From positions 6,185,519 through 6,249,518 of the forward strand of contig CM082578.2 of the NCBI GenBank assembly GCA_040954595.2: DNA of 64,000 nucleotides. Direction: 5' to 3'. Source of the stretch: Balanoglossus misakiensis (lineage: Eukaryota; Animalia; Hemichordata). Under the pieces are notes generated by a model. The model was not told where the DNA came from. It saw only the letters and a program-made list of their open reading frames with translations, and searched no databases. A program made the position numbers and the translations under genes. Of the stretch, positions 62,182 through 64,000 are shown piece by piece (within the stretch, counting starts at the first letter, position 1; every line of letters begins with the position of its first letter).

Positions 62182-62613
62182 ATGACGGGGTCAGCTGATA
62201 TGTTGACGGATTATTACGTGGGGCAGGCAAAAGGCGCCCCCGGAGCTCCGCCATTTTACAGGGGTGGGCTGCAACATGGTTACGGTCTCGGATCGGTTTT
62301 TGGAAATATCGCACGTATGGCGATACCATTATTTAAGAAGGGTGCGATGGAAATCGGAAAGACCGCACTGCATGCTGGTAGCAATATCGCTACAGATGTG
62401 TTGTCAGGCCGTAATTGGAAAGACTCCCTGAAAAACCGGACCCGTGAGTCTGGTAAAAAGCTGAGTAGACAGGCTCTATCAAGCATTCAGTCACGGGTGG
62501 TCGGTGGCAACGGTATAAAGTCCAACACACGGCGTAAACGCAATAATCCTGTATCTAGACCCCGTAAACGAAGAGCCGTCGCCACCACACAACGTAACGA
62601 TATATTTGCCTGA
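62182..62613 (+). CDS. Small basic Polinton virion core / membrane-active protein candidate
   Basis: YYxxQAxG, then QHGYG followed by the amphipathic GLGSVFGNIARMAIPLFKKG and an Arg/Lys-rich tail ending DIFA; lies between the two capsid genes. Confidence 0.65.
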   Translation: MTGSADMLTDYYVGQAKGAPGAPPFYRGGLQHGYGLGSVFGNIARMAIPLFKKGAMEIGKTALHAGSNIATDVLSGRNWKDSLKNRTRESGKKLSRQALSSIQSRVVGGNGIKSNTRRKRNNPVSRPRKRRAVATTQRNDIFA

Positions 62614-62622
62614 TAAGTAGTC

Positions 62623-63966
62623 ATGGCTTCAGCCCTAGTGGATCCAAACTCCTGCTGCGACTGTGCCAAAGAGGAGCTGGATATTTTTACTGTACCACCG
62701 ACTCAAACCAGTATTGAAAGCGGGAAATACATACAGTTTAACCCTGTATCCTCACTGGCTGCAAACACACCGATTGAATTTCTGATACCCGGTAGCCCCA
62801 ACGAATATGTTGATCTACCGCTTACCAGAGTGTATGTTAAAGCCCGCATTCTGAATGATGATGGTACAAATCTGGCCACAGAGGCTGAGGTGGGCCCCGT
62901 CAATCTTTTTCTCCAAAGTCTTTTCAGTCAGGTAGAAATTTCTCTCGGGGGACGCGTGATATCAAGCTCCCAGAACACATACCCCTACAGAGCCTATATA
63001 GAGACCGTGCTGAATTGCTCCAAGAACGCGGCATCAACACATCTGACCAGCAGTCTCTACTACAAAGACACCACGGGGCGATTTGACCAGGCTAACCCTT
63101 TAGCACAGGGGGGAAATGTTAACGAGGGGTTGGTAAACAGATCGAAATTTACAACGGAAAGCAAGACGGTTGACCTGATAGGTCACATACATAGCGATAT
63201 TTTCTTTCAAAAGAAACACCTGCTCAATGGGGTTGACATAAAGATCAAGTTTAACAGATCAAAAGACGCATTCTGTCTTATGTCATCACAGCCACAACAG
63301 CGTTATCGCGTGGAAATAGTTGAAGCAAGTCTACTTGTACGGCGGGTGAAGGTGTCACCATCAGTCATCCAGGCACACGCCCGAGCACTCGAATTTGCGC
63401 CAGCCCGTTACCCGATCGACAGAGTCGAGTGCAAGAGTTACACCGTAACACCTGGACACCTTTCTTTTACAAGGGAGAATATCTTTTTGAACACTTTACC
63501 GAAGAGATTAGTGCTAGGACTTGTTGACGCTGAAGCTTATTCGGGTACTTACACAAAGAACCCTTTTAATTTTAAAGCGTATGGTGTAAACTATTTAGCG
63601 GTCACGGCAAATTCTGAAACCGTGGGTGGAAAACCCCTCACTCTGTCGTACACACAGCAAGGTGGTCGTAACTACATAAGGGCGTACGAGTCATTGTTTA
63701 CGGGTACCGGAGCGTACTATTCTAACGTCTCCCACGATATTTCGCGAGAGGACTACGCCGGAGGGAACACTCTTTACGCTTTCGATCTCACACCCGACCT
63801 GGGCGGTGGTAGTGACCATTTCAGCACCGTCCAAACAGGGGCTCTATCCATAGAGGTTCATTTTGACGCCGCATTACCCAACCCTGTTAATTTGATTGTG
63901 TACGCGGAATTTGACGAGATCGTGAGAATAGACAAGTCCAGAAACGTGATCGGGGACTTTAAATGA
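62623..63966 (+). CDS. Polinton major capsid protein (double jelly-roll, hexon-like)
   Basis: 447-aa intact ORF with CxKxELDIFxVPPTQTSI, PVNLFLQSLFSQV, YPYRAYIETVL, KNPFNF, LYAFDLTPD and IVYAEF motifs of the Maverick capsid family. Confidence 0.85.
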   Translation: MASALVDPNSCCDCAKEELDIFTVPPTQTSIESGKYIQFNPVSSLAANTPIEFLIPGSPNEYVDLPLTRVYVKARILNDDGTNLATEAEVGPVNLFLQSLFSQVEISLGGRVISSSQNTYPYRAYIETVLNCSKNAASTHLTSSLYYKDTTGRFDQANPLAQGGNVNEGLVNRSKFTTESKTVDLIGHIHSDIFFQKKHLLNGVDIKIKFNRSKDAFCLMSSQPQQRYRVEIVEASLLVRRVKVSPSVIQAHARALEFAPARYPIDRVECKSYTVTPGHLSFTRENIFLNTLPKRLVLGLVDAEAYSGTYTKNPFNFKAYGVNYLAVTANSETVGGKPLTLSYTQQGGRNYIRAYESLFTGTGAYYSNVSHDISREDYAGGNTLYAFDLTPDLGGGSDHFSTVQTGALSIEVHFDAALPNPVNLIVYAEFDEIVRIDKSRNVIGDFK

Positions 63967-64000
63967 ATACATTACAGCTTGATAGAGTCTTACGTGGTGA
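63963..64000 (+). CDS. Start of the next Polinton ORF, probably the adenain-like cysteine protease (truncated by window)
   Basis: ATG overlaps the capsid stop (ATGA) and reads MNTLQLDRVLRG. Identity is inferred only from N-terminal resemblance and usual gene order. Confidence 0.45.
   Translation, partial: MNTLQLDRVLRG

Larger units (their letters stand above)
58862..64000 (+). mobile_element. Polinton/Maverick (adintovirus-like) element, left portion; continues beyond the window
   Basis: AGTAGT at 58862 followed by subterminal tandem repeats, then intronless, tightly packed ORFs for integrase, minor and major capsid and a core-like protein. The exact terminus is inferred; the right TIR, pPolB and ATPase are not in the window. 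Confidence 0.93.

Overview
Animal genomic DNA with GT-AG spliced genes, AT-rich introns and many MITEs; probably a marine invertebrate (inference). I reconstructed exons by eye. In order: the 3' end of Reelin (+); TRABD (-), whose large intron holds a 4.3-kb non-autonomous TIR element; a putatively N-myristoylated LRR protein fused to an ADP-ribosylglycohydrolase (ARH) domain with both metal-binding motifs altered (+); an O-fucosyltransferase-family gene (-); a two-exon 86-aa micro-gene with a CRE/TATA/CCAAT promoter and a 3' AU-rich element, not recovered as one ORF by the track (-); an ARMH2-like gene (-); and a GH18 chitinase with a CBM14 domain (+). From about 58862 to the window end lies the left part of an apparently intact Polinton/Maverick (adintovirus-like) element. 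It has an AGTAGT terminus, subterminal repeats, a PC4-like ssDNA-binding protein, integrase, minor capsid, a core/membrane-active protein, major capsid and the probable start of the protease. Best leads: the LRR-pseudo-ARH fusion, the PC4-carrying Polinton and the immediate-early-like microprotein gene. No database searches were run, so family calls rest on recognised motifs.
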